Positions 42,715 through 56,960 of a stretch of DNA of 64,000 nt are shown one piece after another. The stretch's first letter is position 1, and every line of letters starts with the position of its first letter. Both the position numbers and the translations under genes were made by a program. This stretch comes from Eledone cirrhosa. Its lineage: Eukaryota. The notes beneath the pieces were generated by a model that was not told the origin of the DNA, did no database searches, and was given only the letters and a program-made list of their open reading frames with translations. The DNA is taken from the NCBI GenBank assembly GCA_964016885.1, contig OZ024741.1:203980001-204044000 (forward strand). Direction: 5' to 3'.

Positions 42715-45505
42715 ATGGGGTTTTCAGCATTACTGGGTACAACCTGTCCCGCAAGGACCACATTAATCGCTGTGGTGGTGGTGTGATGGTCTACCTTCGT
42801 TCAAATTTTTCGGTAATTCCTTGCATTGATTTGAACGAATCACAAGAAGTTTTTTTCTGTGATATACGTATGACCATGTCAACACTTCTGCTTGGTGTTG
42901 TTTATCACCCCCCAAACTACCATCAGGACACACAGCTTTGCGATATCCTCAAAGCTGCTGCCAGGAAAACAGCCACTCATATGTTTGTTGCAGGTGACTT
43001 CAATTATCCTGAGATCGATTGGGAAACCATCCGTTGGCCACAAAGTGCAAACGATTCCCTTGAGCTAGTGCTGGACTCAAACTGGTCACAAGTAGTCACC
43101 TCTCCAACAAGAGGTGACAACACTTTGGACCTGCTTTTCACCACTACTCCTGAAGTGGTTATCAGTTGTACTACTGAGGAACTTCTAGCCGACTCTGATA
43201 ATGCTATGATCATTGCCAATCTGGCTCTTGCAGGCAGCAACAAAAACCAGAACCATCTCCAATCTGCTTGCTTTGATTGGAAGAAAGTAGAATGGAACTT
43301 GTACAACACTGAGCTACAGTGCCCAAACTGGCATGAGTTCTACAACTCTGGAGATGTGAGCACTATACTCCAGAGCATCCTGGACTCGATATGGATAGCG
43401 TGTGCAGCATCAGTGCCACGTAAGCAGAAAAAAAACCACCCCAAAAGTGCAATTTGGGAAACTTCAGCCGTCCGACTTGCCAGGAAAGAACGTTGGAATG
43501 CTGAACGGGAATATAAACTGCATAAATCAGATGCCAACAGAAAAAAGCGGAATAAATCTTCCAACCATCTCAAGCAAGTGACAAAGAAGGCAGTGCTTGA
43601 ATTTGAACAGTGCATAGCAACCAATCCTGACAGTAAGGTGTTCTGGAAATATGTACATTCAAAGCAGAAACCTCACTCTCCAGTTGGTCCTCTTCGCAAT
43701 CCCCACACAAGCAAGATCACTGACGATCCCAAAGAATGCACAGAACTCATTGCTGAGTGCTATGCAAGCATTTTTACTGTTGAAAACCAGAATGTACCAT
43801 CTCCACCATCTCTAACATCAAATTCCATAACAACTATGGAATTTACACCTGCAATGTTGCGACGTCACCTTAAGAATAAGCGCAACTATGCCTCCCCTGG
43901 TCTTGATGGTGTGACATACCTGCTTCTCAAACGTGGCGGGTACTTGCTTTTGCACTAGCTTTCTTTCTTCTTTCAATACTGTCTCAACAATGGTGCTACT
44001 CCGGAACAGTGGAAAACTGCCAGTGTCATTCCCCTGTTCAAAAAGGGCGACCGCACCTCACCTGTCAACTATCGTCCAGTCAGTCTTACTAGCTGCATTG
44101 CCAAAATGATGGAATCCTGTGTCAGAGAAACACTTTGGAACTTCTGGAGCTCTCACAGCCTCATCCGGCCCTCGCAATTTGGATTTATCCCTAACTACAG
44201 CTGCTGTGATCAGCTTATCGAGTTCCTTGAAGACATTACCCGGATCACTGACAGCAGCTCATGGGTGGATGTTGTTTACCTTGACTTTGTTAAGGCTTTT
44301 AATTCTGTGCCACACAAAAGACTTATGGCGAAACTCTCTGCAATGGGTGTGAGGGATGATCTTTTTAACTGGTTGAAATCCTTCTTTCTCAGCCGAAAAG
44401 AGGTAGTCACGGTTCTAGGACAGCATTCTTCACCATATGAGATGTCATCTCGTGTACCACAGGGATCTGTTCTTGGTCCCCTTTTGCTTGTTGCATACAT
44501 TAATGACATAGATGCCAACTTAAAGAATTCCACAGTACTGAAATATGCAGATGACATCAAGCTGTACCTTGAAATCAAAAGGACTGATCCTGAAATCTAT
44601 AACTCTTTCCTACAATCAGACTTGGACACAATGCAGCAATGGATCACAGACTGGCAACTGAAGCTAGCTGTGGACAAGTGTACCACCATGCATTTTGGGA
44701 GGAAAAATCCAGCGTCCACATACTCCCTCCACAACACTGATATCAAGAAGTCCTCTTGTGAACGTGACCTGAGCATTACTGTCAGCAGCGATTTGTGTTG
44801 GACAAAGCACATCTCTAAATTTGTCAAGAAGGCCGAGGGTGTCTTGGCATCACTCAGCAAGACCCTTGTTAGCCGCTCTCCAACCATCTATTTAAAGCTG
44901 TATACAGCTATGGTATGACCACACTGGGAATTCGCATCATCAGTCTGGAAGCCCTATCTTGCTCAGAACATTGACCACCTGGAAACTGTTCAGAGACGTG
45001 CAACCAAGCGCATACCCTCCATCAGACACCTACCATGCTCAGAACGCCTTGCTTCCCTGGGCATGGATTCATTGAAGCTCCGACGTCTGGCAATGGACTT
45101 GGTAAACACCCACAAAGTTATTAACCATCTCGCTAACAACAACCCTGAGCACCTTTTTGATCTCCATGTGTCTAACACACATGGACATGCCTACAAAGTC
45201 AGAAAACAGCACAGCTCCCATGACTTTCGGAAACATTTTTTCACGCTCAGAGTTGCTGAAGCATGGAACAAACTACCTGCGTCAGTTGTTAGCTGCCGAG
45301 ACACTGCATCCTTTAAAACCCTCATGCTTCCCGAAATTCGCCAAAACTACACCTGATGTCCCCCTTCCATACACATGCACACGTGACTCATGCACTGTTC
45401 ATTTCCTGACGTTTGTACATTACCCTATGTACTATACATACACTTTTGATGAGTTGTAGTGCACCTGAGCACTGTACACAATATTTTCATTATTTTTATT
45501 ATTAT
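42715..45505 (+). mobile_element. CR1-like LINE, ORF2 (APE endonuclease + RT), 5'-truncated
   Basis: GGGV, GVVYHPP, GDFNYP, LDLLF, NYRPVSLTS, YLDFVKAF, VPQGSVLGP, YADD. ORFs at 42783, 44106 and 45063 share one frame, broken by TAG 43956 and TGA 44916. (TTA)n-like tail. Confidence 0.95.
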
Positions 45506-47489
45506 TATTTTAAGGGTGGTGGATTGGCAGTATCGGTAGAGGGTCGGACGCCATGCATAGTTACGGCCCTTGCCATTCTGAGTTCAAACCCCACCGAGGT
45601 TAACTTTACCTTTCATCCTTACGGGGTCGATAAAATAAAGTACCAGTGCATTACTGGGTAATTGCTGGCCTTGTGCCAAAAGTAGAAACAATTATTATTA
45701 TTTTTAATTTGAATTGGCAGTATTGGTAGAGGGTCTGACGCCATGCTTTGCAGGATAGAGTTACGGCCCTTTCCATTCTGAGTTCAAATCCCGCCGAGGT
45801 TAACTTTGCCTTTCATCCTTACGGGGTTGATAAAATAAAGTACCAGTAATGCACTGGGTAATTGCTGGCCTTGTGCCTAAAGTAGAAACAATTATTTTTA
45901 ATTTGAATATTTTACAGTTCACACTTTAAATATATTTTCATCCATCGAAGGTCAATTACCAATTAGATAATGAGATTGATATTATGTATAATTTTTCCCA
46001 AAATAGAGTTAAATAAAATCATCATTGCTGATAGGAATGGAAAAATGCTAAAAATTAACATTTTTCTGTGCTACCACAGAAGACGTATGAAAGAAAAATT
46101 TTAAATTGTGATAATACCTGTATTCTCCATGGAGGACAAAAAATATTGTATTAAATAACATAATTGTTTCTACTTTTTGGCACAAGGCCAGCAATTACCC
46201 AGTGCATTACTGGTACTTTATTTTATCGACCCTGTAAGGATGAAAGGCAAAGTTAACCTCGGCGGGATTTGAACTCAGAATGTATTAAATGTTGTATCGA
46301 AAGAAAGTTTGTAATATATACTATATGAAAACATAATTATTTCCTTATCTCGATTATAAAATATGTATTTATGTATTGTGCCAAAGATAGTTGCCCACAG
46401 GAACACCATTTTAAGTCTGACAAAATTACTACTCTGTTATCATTATAATAATTACTACATCGTGGATTGGCAGTATCGGTAGAGCGTCAGACACCATGCT
46501 TTGCAGCATAGGAGTTATGGCCCTCTGAGTTCACATCCTGCCGAGGTTAACTTTGCCTTTCATCCTTTCAGGATCGATAAAATAAAACACCAGTAATGCA
46601 CTGGGTGTAATTGCTAGCCTTGTGCCACAAGTAGAAACAATAATAATTTCTTTATTAAGTATATAAATTTATTTTTCTATATAAAGAAATTATTATTATT
46701 TTTAGTAGTAGTAGTAGTAGTAGTGTTGGTTTTGTTGTAAGTTGGTGAATTGGCAGTATCAGTAATGTCAAACTGAATGTTTTACAGTATTTAGTTAGAA
46801 CTTTCTACATTCTGACTTCAAATCCCACCAACGAGGTCAATTTTGCCTTTCATCTTCTGGGGTCAATAAAATAAAGTACCGGTTAAGTATTAGTACTTCT
46901 GAAGGTAATCTTTTATTGATAATCTCAATGAAATTTTAATACTTGGATGCACTAACACCACCTAAAGACAGGTATTATTTTACATTATTTTTTTTTTTAA
47001 GTTAGTTTTGACTCTTTTCATACCAACCTGGCCAAAACCATCTCTGGTTCCATGAAACAAAACCACATATTTTAACAGGTTCCTACTTAACTTTTTTAAT
47101 ACCAACCCTGCCAAAAGCTGGCTCTGGTTCTATGAAATAAAACCACTAATTTAAATTAAAACCTTCCATATGTTAAGTTACTATCTTTGTAATGAAATGA
47201 TAAATAATTTAAGTAAATCCCTCAAAATTACTCATTAACTGTTAACAAAGCCATCTATTTTAAAGGGTTCCTATTTAAATTAAAATCTTCCAATATCATT
47301 TTATGTAACAACTATGTTAACTTACTATTTTTTCTATTGAAATAAGCAATTTTTGTAAATCCGCCCAAATTCTTTATTAACTATTTTGACACCCAGCAGG
47401 CCAAAACTGGTACTGGTCCTATGGAACAAAGCCACTCTAAATAAACCCATCCAATATAATTTTGTATAAGAACTATATATTAAGTTACT

Positions 47490-48295
47490 GGCATGCACAG
47501 CTGGGTTAGAAGTGGTTTTACAACTAATGGGTGTAAAATCAGTCAGCTGGAATTTGCAGATGACATAATGTTACTTAACTCATCATAATATGATCTCCAA
47601 CATGCACTTGGTAGGTTTGATGCTCAGTACTGCAAAGACCAAGACATTCTTCCTCTCAAGGAAGTCTGAGCAGTTCAACTGAAGCAATTGAAGATCTTCA
47701 AGTACTTCGGGCCTGTGTTCATGAGTGATGGAAGGCAAGAGGCTGAATTAAGTTCAGGAGCTGGTGAGTAATGTGCCAACTTCAGCATTCAGTAATCAGA
47801 AGAAAGGAGGTAGCTGTAAAAGCCAAACTCACTAACTTCAATTCGGTATTCATGCCAACCTTTACCTATGGTCAAGAATCTTAGGTAATGACTGAAAAAA
47901 TACGATTGCAAAAACAAGTGGCTGAAATGGGGTTCTTCTGAAGGGTCTTTGGAGTAATGTTACTCAATAGAGTTATGTAGCTGGAGATCAGAGAAGTGTT
48001 CCAGGTAGGGCCACTACTTCTCTGAATTGAGAGATCACAGCTCCAATACTATGGGCATGAGGTTAGAATGTCTCAAGAAAGAATTGCTGGACATATTTTA
48101 TGGGCAAAACCAACCAAGAGGAGACCCAGGAGTAGACCCCGAGCAAGATGGTTAAATAACATCCATGAGTTTGGTTGGTCCAACTTGGTGATCAAGATAG
48201 ATTAATTAGAGATGGTTGCTTCTAACAGGACCTACTGAAATAGATAATTCTGCCCCCACAACCCATCCAGGAATAAGTGGGTGAAGAAGATGATG
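47490..48295 (+). mobile_element. Degraded RTE-clade LINE 3' part; related fragments at ~38117-38520(-) and 57680-57912(+)
   Basis: FADDI, TYGQES, AEMGFF, QLQYYGHEVRM..RRPRSRPRARW with stops; tail agtgggtgaagaagatgatg. Confidence 0.8.
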
Positions 48296-50000
48296 TTAAG
48301 TTACTAGCTTTGTCATGAAATAATTAATGATTTTAGTATATCCTTCAAAGTTCTTTGTTAATTTATTGAAATTGAGTGCATTTCATTAGAAATACAGTCA
48401 TGAAGTGATTAGATATTTTGTATTTGCAATAATTTTTCACCTGATTAGAAAACATCTCTCCCTATCTCTATCTTTCTCTTTATATGAATCATGTGAAAGA
48501 AAGTCACCTGTCATCTGCTCTCACATTAATAAAAACAATGATTTCACCACCTGAATTTGCAGATAAATCTAATTTTAACTTAATATGTTACACATATTTT
48601 CATTCCTAAAGAAACTGGAACTTTGTGATGTTCATCCCTTAAATTTTGGGGGGGATGTGAAGCAATAGGATTTGGTCTGAGGTGGAGCTGAGTCCATGGC
48701 TTTTACACACACACCCACACACACCCTTTGAAACTAGTGGGGGTCATTGCAGTTAGTGTTTCTTTTGTTGATGGCAGCATAAAAAATATATGGGCAAAGA
48801 GGGAATTCAAGTGGGAGGGCCTTTTGAGATAAAGGACTCAGCAAAATTAATTAGTACAATGGTGGGGGTGGGTAGACATGTTTGCTGAGGAGAGAGGAAT
48901 TGGGAGAGCATGAGTGAGGAGTTGGCTCAAGACTAGCAAACTCCGGGAAGAATAGTAGTAGTAAATACAGACTGGGGTGGCAACATATCTATGAACCAGT
49001 ATATTGATGAACAAATTCATACCAATCAGTCAAGTGACCCTTTGTTGTGGTGATGGTAGTGGTGTTGGTGAGGATGCAGTCTAGAATATTTGTATGTCTA
49101 GTAGCAGCACTGTCTCAAGCATGGAAGCAATATTACACACTATGGATTTGAATGGTATGTCACACTGTTCCAAGGGTGGGAGCAATATTATGTTTGAAAA
49201 TCATAACTGGGACCCAGACATCCAAGGTCATCCAGCCCCTAGGAACATATCAACTGTCTCTATGACGCTCAACATGCTGCTACTACTACTACTTCTGCTG
49301 CTGCTATTTACTGTATGGAACTTCCAATGCAGCTGCTGCTATTACTACTACAAAAGAGAGATAGAACTTATCTTTTAGTCTAAAGGAATTGCTACTATAT
49401 ATAATATATTTTTTAATGAATAAACAGAAAGATTGCTGTTAAAAAGGCAAATTGTCAGAGTCTTTAGGGCATCAGATTAAATGCCTTGGTATTTGTTCTG
49501 ACTTTTTGCACCCTGAGTTCAAATTCTGATGAAGTCAACTTTGTCTTTTATCCTTTTAGGGTCAATAAATAAAATACCAGTCGAGGAGATTGGGAATTTG
49601 GCAGAATTGTTGAAGATTTGATGGGATGCCCTGCATCATCTGATCCAACACTGTGTGTTGTAAGTTCAAATCTCACCTCCTTTTACCAGGATTTGTGACT
49701 TTACAGATAGCATCAGCAATAGAAAGACCAATTGTATCCTTAGTTTGATCTTATGATCATCTTTCCTTTAAAGGATCAGCAGATAGTATCAGCAATGGAA
49801 AGCCCAATCAAAACATTGTTTCTTTGGTTTAATCTGATGATCAGATCCTTTCCTTTCAAGATATATATTCAAGTTATGTTAGACTGACAGATAGTATCAG
49901 CAATGGAAAGATCCCTGGAAACAATGTTTCCTTGGTCTGGTTTGATAATCAGCTCCTTTTCTTTAAAGATATATATTCAAGGTATGTTAGACTAATAGTT

Positions 50001-50478
50001 CAATGGTTCTCAACTGGGGTCCATATAAGAATTTTCGGGGTCCACACACAAAAAAGAAATTGGGGTCCACAGTAGTATTTTAGGAGTCCGTGAAAAAAAT
50101 TTCCTTTCTAAAAATATCTGAAGAGATAGAAAACAAATTTCCCCCCAAAAATAAATAAAACAGTTAAAGCAGTTGATAAAAAAATTCCCTTGAAAATTAA
50201 TAGAAATCAAAAGAATAGGAGAAAAACAAAAACAACAACCAGAATGAAGTAATTTAATTTACAAACATACATAATAGATATACTTATATATTTATATGCA
50301 TATATATATATGTGTTTATATATTTATGTGAATGTGTGTGTGTGTGTGTGTATACACATACAGAAGAATATTGTATTGTCTCTGCTTTATTTTACTAGAC
50401 TGGCTGGCATTAGGGTCCACGAAACTACAATAGGAATCGAAGGTGTCCATAGGTAACAAAAAAGGTTGAGAACCACTG
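50001..50478. mobile_element. hAT-type MITE inserted in a ~105-bp tandem repeat (49700-50555)
   Basis: TIRs CAATGGTTCTCAAC / GTTGAGAACCACTG; imperfect 8-bp TSD taatagtt / caatagat. Confidence 0.75.
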
Positions 50479-51978
50479 CAATAGATAGTATCAGCAATGG
50501 AAAAATCAATGGGGACATTGATTCCTTGGTTTGATCTGATGATTGGCTCTTTTCTTTTCTTTTCTTTTTATTAAAATTGTTGATTTAGATAATTTCAGAA
50601 TTATTCATATATATTTGGGGTTTAAAACTACCTTTATTGTGATATGAGTTTAGCTATATTCTTCAGTTGCAACATTTGGATACTTTCTGTGCTCACAAAC
50701 TGTTGTTAATTAACCCATTAGCATTTACATTACTCTATACTATTGTATTTTTGTGGTAAAGGCTTTAGCTCACATAATATCGAATTTATGAGATTTTGGT
50801 ATTATTTATTTTGAGAACAATACCTTAAAGTCGGTATGAGTGGCCAGTTATGGCCAGTTTGAACAGAAAGAGGTGAGAGGAATCTGGCTGGATATGGCTG
50901 GTTTAAATGCTAAAGAGTTAATTAATTTCCTAATTATTGTAATTAAAGATATGTTGACTAACTTTTCTTTCGTGTTTTCTTTGATCAGAAGATTTTTAGA
51001 ACACAAAAACCAAATAAGATAAAACAAAAAGAATGTTCCACCAAAAATGAATTATATAAATATGTATAATATATGTATTATATAAATTATATAAATATGT
51101 ATTATATGAATTTGCACACCTTGAATAAAAATTCCTTGAAAAAATTATATTAACATAAAAAATAAAATTTGACAAAATAAAATTTACTTTCAAAAGAGTC
51201 ATGTGTTTTTATGCTTTTGTAATAATTAATTTTCATAATCTATATTATTGCTATAAATCCACTGTTTGGATGTGTCTGCATACAATTAATTTTATATATG
51301 TAAGATACCCCTGACTCAGATAAATGTAGCTTCTCTTCAACCTAAACCCCAGTGACTTATATTTCTATCAACTTTCAATCTCAAGCCATAGCCTACACTC
51401 TCATACATGCAAAAACATGAAAACACAAACGAAAGCACAGACACACACACACTCCCACAGACGATACACAAACACAAAGGAAAAATAACATCAACAACAT
51501 ACACACTCACAAAATGCACTCTACCTGCACATACATAACAGTACCAATGTTTGACTCGAAATCTCCACCTTGACTCCTATTCCCATATGCCAGGCTACTT
51601 GCCTGTCCACCTCACTCATCCTGATAAGACTTTTTTTTTTCCAGCCTCCTCTTTCTCCAAACTTTGTTTTTTCCTGATGAAGGACTAATGTTGAAACATA
51701 TATTTTCTTTTTCCAAGAAGCAAGAAACTAATATAACATTGTGTTTTTGTATCTCTGTGTTCATCTTGTTTATCTTGAACTATATATATATATATATATG
51801 TATGTGTATATATATGTGTGTGTGTGCATGTGTACAGATAATTAGGGTGTTTGTCTGTGAAAGTTATATTGTAATTACACAAAGATAAGCCAGTTTAAGC
51901 AGTCCAAAAGCACTCCACATCAGTAATATATCTCCAGTAATATGGTGGTAATAAAGTGTAACAGAGTTTACATTTACA

Positions 51979-52381
51979 AAATAGTGTAAGACAGAGTTAA
52001 GTTTACATAATTGTTTTATTGCATAATATATGTTTCAATCATATGGTTGTTAGTAATCAGTTAATGGTTACATCATTGACAGTCCCCATGTGACATCATC
52101 AGATACTCTTACAGTTATGTGATGTAATTATCCTGGTATTAAAATATGCCACTGGTAATGTGTTATCACCTTAATAAGTTCACTTGCATTACACCAAGAT
52201 GGTAATACCTTACCTGCAACATATCTACTTTCCAGCATAAATACATGTATGAGCATCTGATGATGTCACATGAGGACTGTCAATGATGTAACCATTGCAT
52301 GGTTAATAGCCACTATGTCATAGAAATATATATTATGCAATAAAACAATTATTTAAACTTAACTCTGTCTTAACACTATTT
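51979..52381 (+). repeat. Fold-back element (~125-bp arms) with hammerhead fold at 52253-52338
   Basis: gcat|CTGATGA|tgtcacat...atgtcata|GAAA T ATAT ATT|atgc. The arm sequence recurs at 52670-52710. Confidence 0.75.
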
Positions 52382-52796
52382 CATATATATATATATATAT
52401 AAATCATACACAAAATGCCAGCATCAACAGTTTTCTAAGAGATGTCAACATGAATGGACCTGTTATTTTTATCTAAAGACATTTTTTTCCAATTCCAACC
52501 TGCCCATCCCTTCAATCTATCTCATTTCTCATTCTTTCTTCTAAGGAAGGACTAGCGTCCGAAATGTTAAGACCCTCATCCTGCTATTTCAAGCATTAAA
52601 TTAATATATTCCTTCCATATACTGTACCGTTTGTCTTGTTATTTCTGTTTACCTTATATATATATATATGAAATAGTGTTAAGACAGAGTTAAGTTTACA
52701 CAATTGTTATGTGTAGGTATATGTGTGTATTTGTGTGTATGTGTGTGTGTATATATATATATATATTTGTGTGTATATGTATATCTATCTATCTAT

Positions 52797-53915
52797 ATTG
52801 AGGAAGTTGGAGCTATTGCAGGGCATCTCTCTAGAACCGGGATTGCGAAAAGTAGCGTCGGCCTACGCCGATGACGTGACAGTAATGGTGTCGAGCACCT
52901 CTCAAATCGAGGAAGTTGGCACCTTACTGAAGGAATACGAAAGGTTCACAGGAGCGAAGCTGAACCGGGACAAGTCCATCGGTTTGCAACTCAGTTTGTA
53001 GAGAGGCAAACCGATGCCTTCCGATGGCGTCGTCGGACGCTGGACGGAAGGACCAGTGAAGCTGCTCGAGGTCTGGTTTGGTCCGGACCTCCAGGTGGAG
53101 AAGAACTGGAATGACGTGACAGCCAAGGTGTTTGCGCTCACCCAGAAGTGGGCCGAGTGCAAACTATCCTTGAAAGGTCGAGCAGAGGTGGCAAACACTT
53201 TTATAGTGTCCGTCATCTACTACCACTTAACCATCGTGCCTTGTCCAGCCAAAATGGAGCGCGCGCTCTTCCAATTCCTTTGGAAGAAACGAGCTCCTTT
53301 GGTGAGAAGATCTGTTCGTGAGGCGAGCCTTCCCACGACTCGTCTCGCTGACCAAGCTGCAGTCCTGGGTCAAGCAAAGACTGAGGAAAATGGGTGACTG
53401 GCACATCGAATGTGCTCAGGCACTCACAGCCCTCTGACAGGCGGACCCGGCGATCAGTGGAGACTCCACTTCGTCATTCTATAGAGGGTTAGTCGACAGC
53501 AAGTGCGATGACGCACTCAGAGAAACTCTAGGCGTAGAGGAAGACGAACTGGCCAGTCTGTTTGGTAGGACCTTCTGCCCGGGACCGATGAACAACTTCC
53601 AAAAGTCCCTGACTTGGCAGTGCTACCGAGGAGCTCTACCAGTTCGAGACAAGCTCTACAGACATGGGCGCCCGGGCAGGACCCTTCTAAAATGATCTGT
53701 CCGAGATGCATGCGAGCCGAAGAAACCGTCGTGCACGCATTCCTACACTGCCCGGGCGTTACCGACCCGTGGGGCTATGTAGAATGACTATTGTCCTGGG
53801 TGGGACCAATCCAGTTGACCACCGAGTCCATTGTCATGATCAAACCGCCATCCTCCTTCAAAAACGAAGCAGAGGCGGTTTTCTTTTGCGTGATAGCTAT
53901 GGTGAAAGAGGTTAA
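52797..53915 (+). mobile_element. L1/Tx1-clade LINE fragment (RT C-terminus + Zn finger), internally deleted
   Basis: AYADDV, GAKLNRDKS, LSLKGRAEVAN, CPRC...ETVVHAFLHC. Confidence 0.88.
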
Positions 53916-54834
53916 AAGGGCAGAGGTCAGTAGAAACAATTATTAAGGGCGGTGACTCGGCAGTATCGGTAGAGGGTCGGGCGCTATGCTTTGACGCATT
54001 GAGTTACGGCCCTTGCCATTCTGAGTTCCAATTCCGCTGAAGTTAACTTTGCCTTTCATCCTTATGGGGTCGATAAAATAAAGTACCAGTAATACACTGT
54101 GTAAATACACTTGTGCCAAAAGTAGAAACAATTATATTATATTATTGTATCTTATTATAATTTTCATCTTTTAATATACTCTCCTTCCTAGTTATGACCA
54201 TTACTTCACCTATCTATATTTATCCTGGTTATCTCTGTATATTTTATATTTCTTTATTTATATTCACCTAAAAATTCCTACAACTCAACTCAACATTTAA
54301 TTTTTACATCCCTTTTTAAACTTCACTCCACCATCTACACTCCACTATCAATACAACAATCCCTTTTCCTCATAGGTTCTTCATAGTAATTCTATTTTTA
54401 ACACCATTCCACCATTCCTTTCAAAGGGTCATGACCTCAACTAAAGTGAGTTATATTTCATCTTAACATCATATGGCAAAAAACCATTTGTTTGGTTTGT
54501 TCTTCAGCTACCTCAAAATAAAGTAATAGAACTCAATTTACTATTGATTTTGAATAACATTTTCATTGCTTTTGACAACAGCTGACGATATACACATAGG
54601 TAAATATATTCCTTATTTGAATTTTGTAACTAACCTTACATAGATCGATAACGAAATATGCGTACGATGTATTATTATCACCTAGAAACGATCGTAAAGC
54701 AGTGAAGTATATTCCTAATGACTTGAATTTGTATTTAATTGTTTTAACTTTATATATATATATATATATTTCTCGAAGAGGATTGGGAAATAACAGTTAA
54801 ATAAGGTACTCAATATATTAGTAGAGAATAGGCA

Positions 54835-54964
54835 TATTTATTTTGTATAGAAATGACTTCTACAGGACTAGAACTGTTCCATTTGTATGAAATCATCAGG
54901 AATGATTTCGTATGAATGAAACAGTTCTAGTCCTGTAGAAGTAATTTCTATATAAAATAAATAT
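54835..54964 (-). repeat. Fold-back element with degenerate hammerhead and a left-side tail (54770-54834)
   Basis: Arms of ~60 bp. The - strand reads CTGATGA tttc...GGAAC agttcta GTC; the other arm retains GAAAC agttcta GTC. Confidence 0.7.
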
Positions 54965-55849
54965 AAATATGTGTGTATAATAATAATAATAATAATAATA
55001 AAAAGACGATTTGTTATGCCTTCATTACGTTTATTGAGTAGTACGTGGGTCATTCCATCTCAAATCACCCAGAGGGTCCCAGGTCACCTCCTCAAATCCC
55101 CCTGAAAAAATTCATACTAGCTCCTGTACGTATATGATGGAAAAATATCAAGTATTAGGTCAATATCTTTGATAGTTTTGAAATTGTAGGCCTTTAAAAT
55201 ATTAATTAATTATATATTTTCACCGAACGAGCCTCTCGGACCAAATTGAGACAGCCATTTCTCCTCTAATAAGGTAAGCACGACTTTGAAATCATGTGTT
55301 TGGGGTTAACTTTTTCTGTAGAGTTCAAATATCTTATCAAATCAAGTGTATTTTGTATATTTTTCCATCTACAGGCCTCTGAAAATTGCCAAGAATTAAA
55401 CATACAGAAAATGTATGCCTCTTTTAGGTATTTCTATCTCAATAGGTACACTAGATAAAGCGGCTATAATTGTTTTCCTGTTACTTAGCATATAGTAGAC
55501 CATTTCTGAGCAGTAACCATTATGGGAGTGTCAGAATAAGTTTTTGAAATATGTGCAATTTCAAAAAATGCCCACTTTTCAATAAACATAATGAAGGTAT
55601 AATAAATCATCCTTTTATTATTATTTATACACTCTGCTTAGTTCTACACCTCTTTACAGACAGGAAACTACGCATCGAGTGCTCACTCAGGTGAACCTAC
55701 TATAACTGTACATTACACTCTCTAGATATATATATATATTTATATAAATATATATATGATAAGTTGACAATACTAGCATGGGTTTCACTGCTCTATATAT
55801 ATATATAAACTTCCAAGCTGCACCAATCAACATTCATCCAATGAAATGT

Positions 55850-56960
55850 AGGTCTGGAGAAATTGTTTAGATGTTTGTGAGGAGGCATGTACATGTGTGT
55901 TGTGTGCAAGAAGTAACACGGAGAGAAACCTCAGCTTGAACAAGGAATATAGGTACAAATTCTTTGAGATAGGCAAAAATGACAGTATAGGTGGGGTAGG
56001 AATACTTTTAGCAGAGAAATGGGGAGACAAGGAAGTGAGAGTATATGATTGGATAATTAAGCTCAGTCTAGTCCTGCATAATACAATTACTACTATTCTT
56101 TCTGTATATGTACCACAAGCTAACTTGCAGATAAACAGAAGGGCTCCTTCTATGAGGCCCTTTTGCAGACTTCCTCGATAAGCAATGATATTGATATCAT
56201 TATATTGGCTGGAAGGGTGGTGCATTGGCAATATCAGTAGAGTGCTGGACACCTAGCTTTGCAGCATAGAGTTACGGTCATTTACGTTCTGAATTCAAAT
56301 CCTGCCAAAGTTAGCTTTGCCTTTCATCCTCATAGAGTCGATAAAACAAAGTCCAGTCACGCACTGGGGTAGATTTAATTGACTTTTAATTGAATTCAAT
56401 GGGTATATTATATGACATCATATGGAGACTGGACTTAAGGTGAGAAATGAAAGGGAATCAAAGCACCTAGAGTTTTGTGACACTAATGACAAATTTTAAT
56501 TTGATTATAAAACTAACTTCAGGAAACCAAGCAACCACTTGGTCACCTACCATTCAGGTAAACGCACAAGCAAGATTCATTTTATTCTCATTCAAAAATT
56601 CCATAGGCAGATGGTTGTAAATGCTAAAACTTTCCCTGGGAAAGAATACATCACCCAATAAAAGTTAGGTATTTGAGACTTTAGAATACAAGCTAGATGC
56701 ATACAGGAACCTAAGAGAATCTGGAGAAGAAATATATGGAGGCTTAAAGAGCCATCAAACAACCAAAGGTTTAGAGACATATTGGAGGAAGTGCAATGCA
56801 AAGAGGATGAGGAATTCAGGAAATATAACATAGAGGACCACTGGAAACTCCTATGAGATAACTTATAGAGAGCCACTGAAGAGTAATGTGGCAATGGAAT
56901 AGTACTGTAGATAAGGCCATAAAAGCTAAGAGACAGGTTTGGAAAGTTTGAACGTCAGGA
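55850..56960 (+). mobile_element. Degraded RTE-type APE endonuclease region, interrupted by a SINE
   Basis: GGVGILLAEKW, ILSVYVPQ and NTNFRK..HLVTYHSG-like remnants. Confidence 0.65.

Noticed and set aside
51672-54670. Further hammerhead-like strings at ~51675, ~52542 and ~54583
   Set aside because: Core or stems too degenerate to call individually; possibly older relics.
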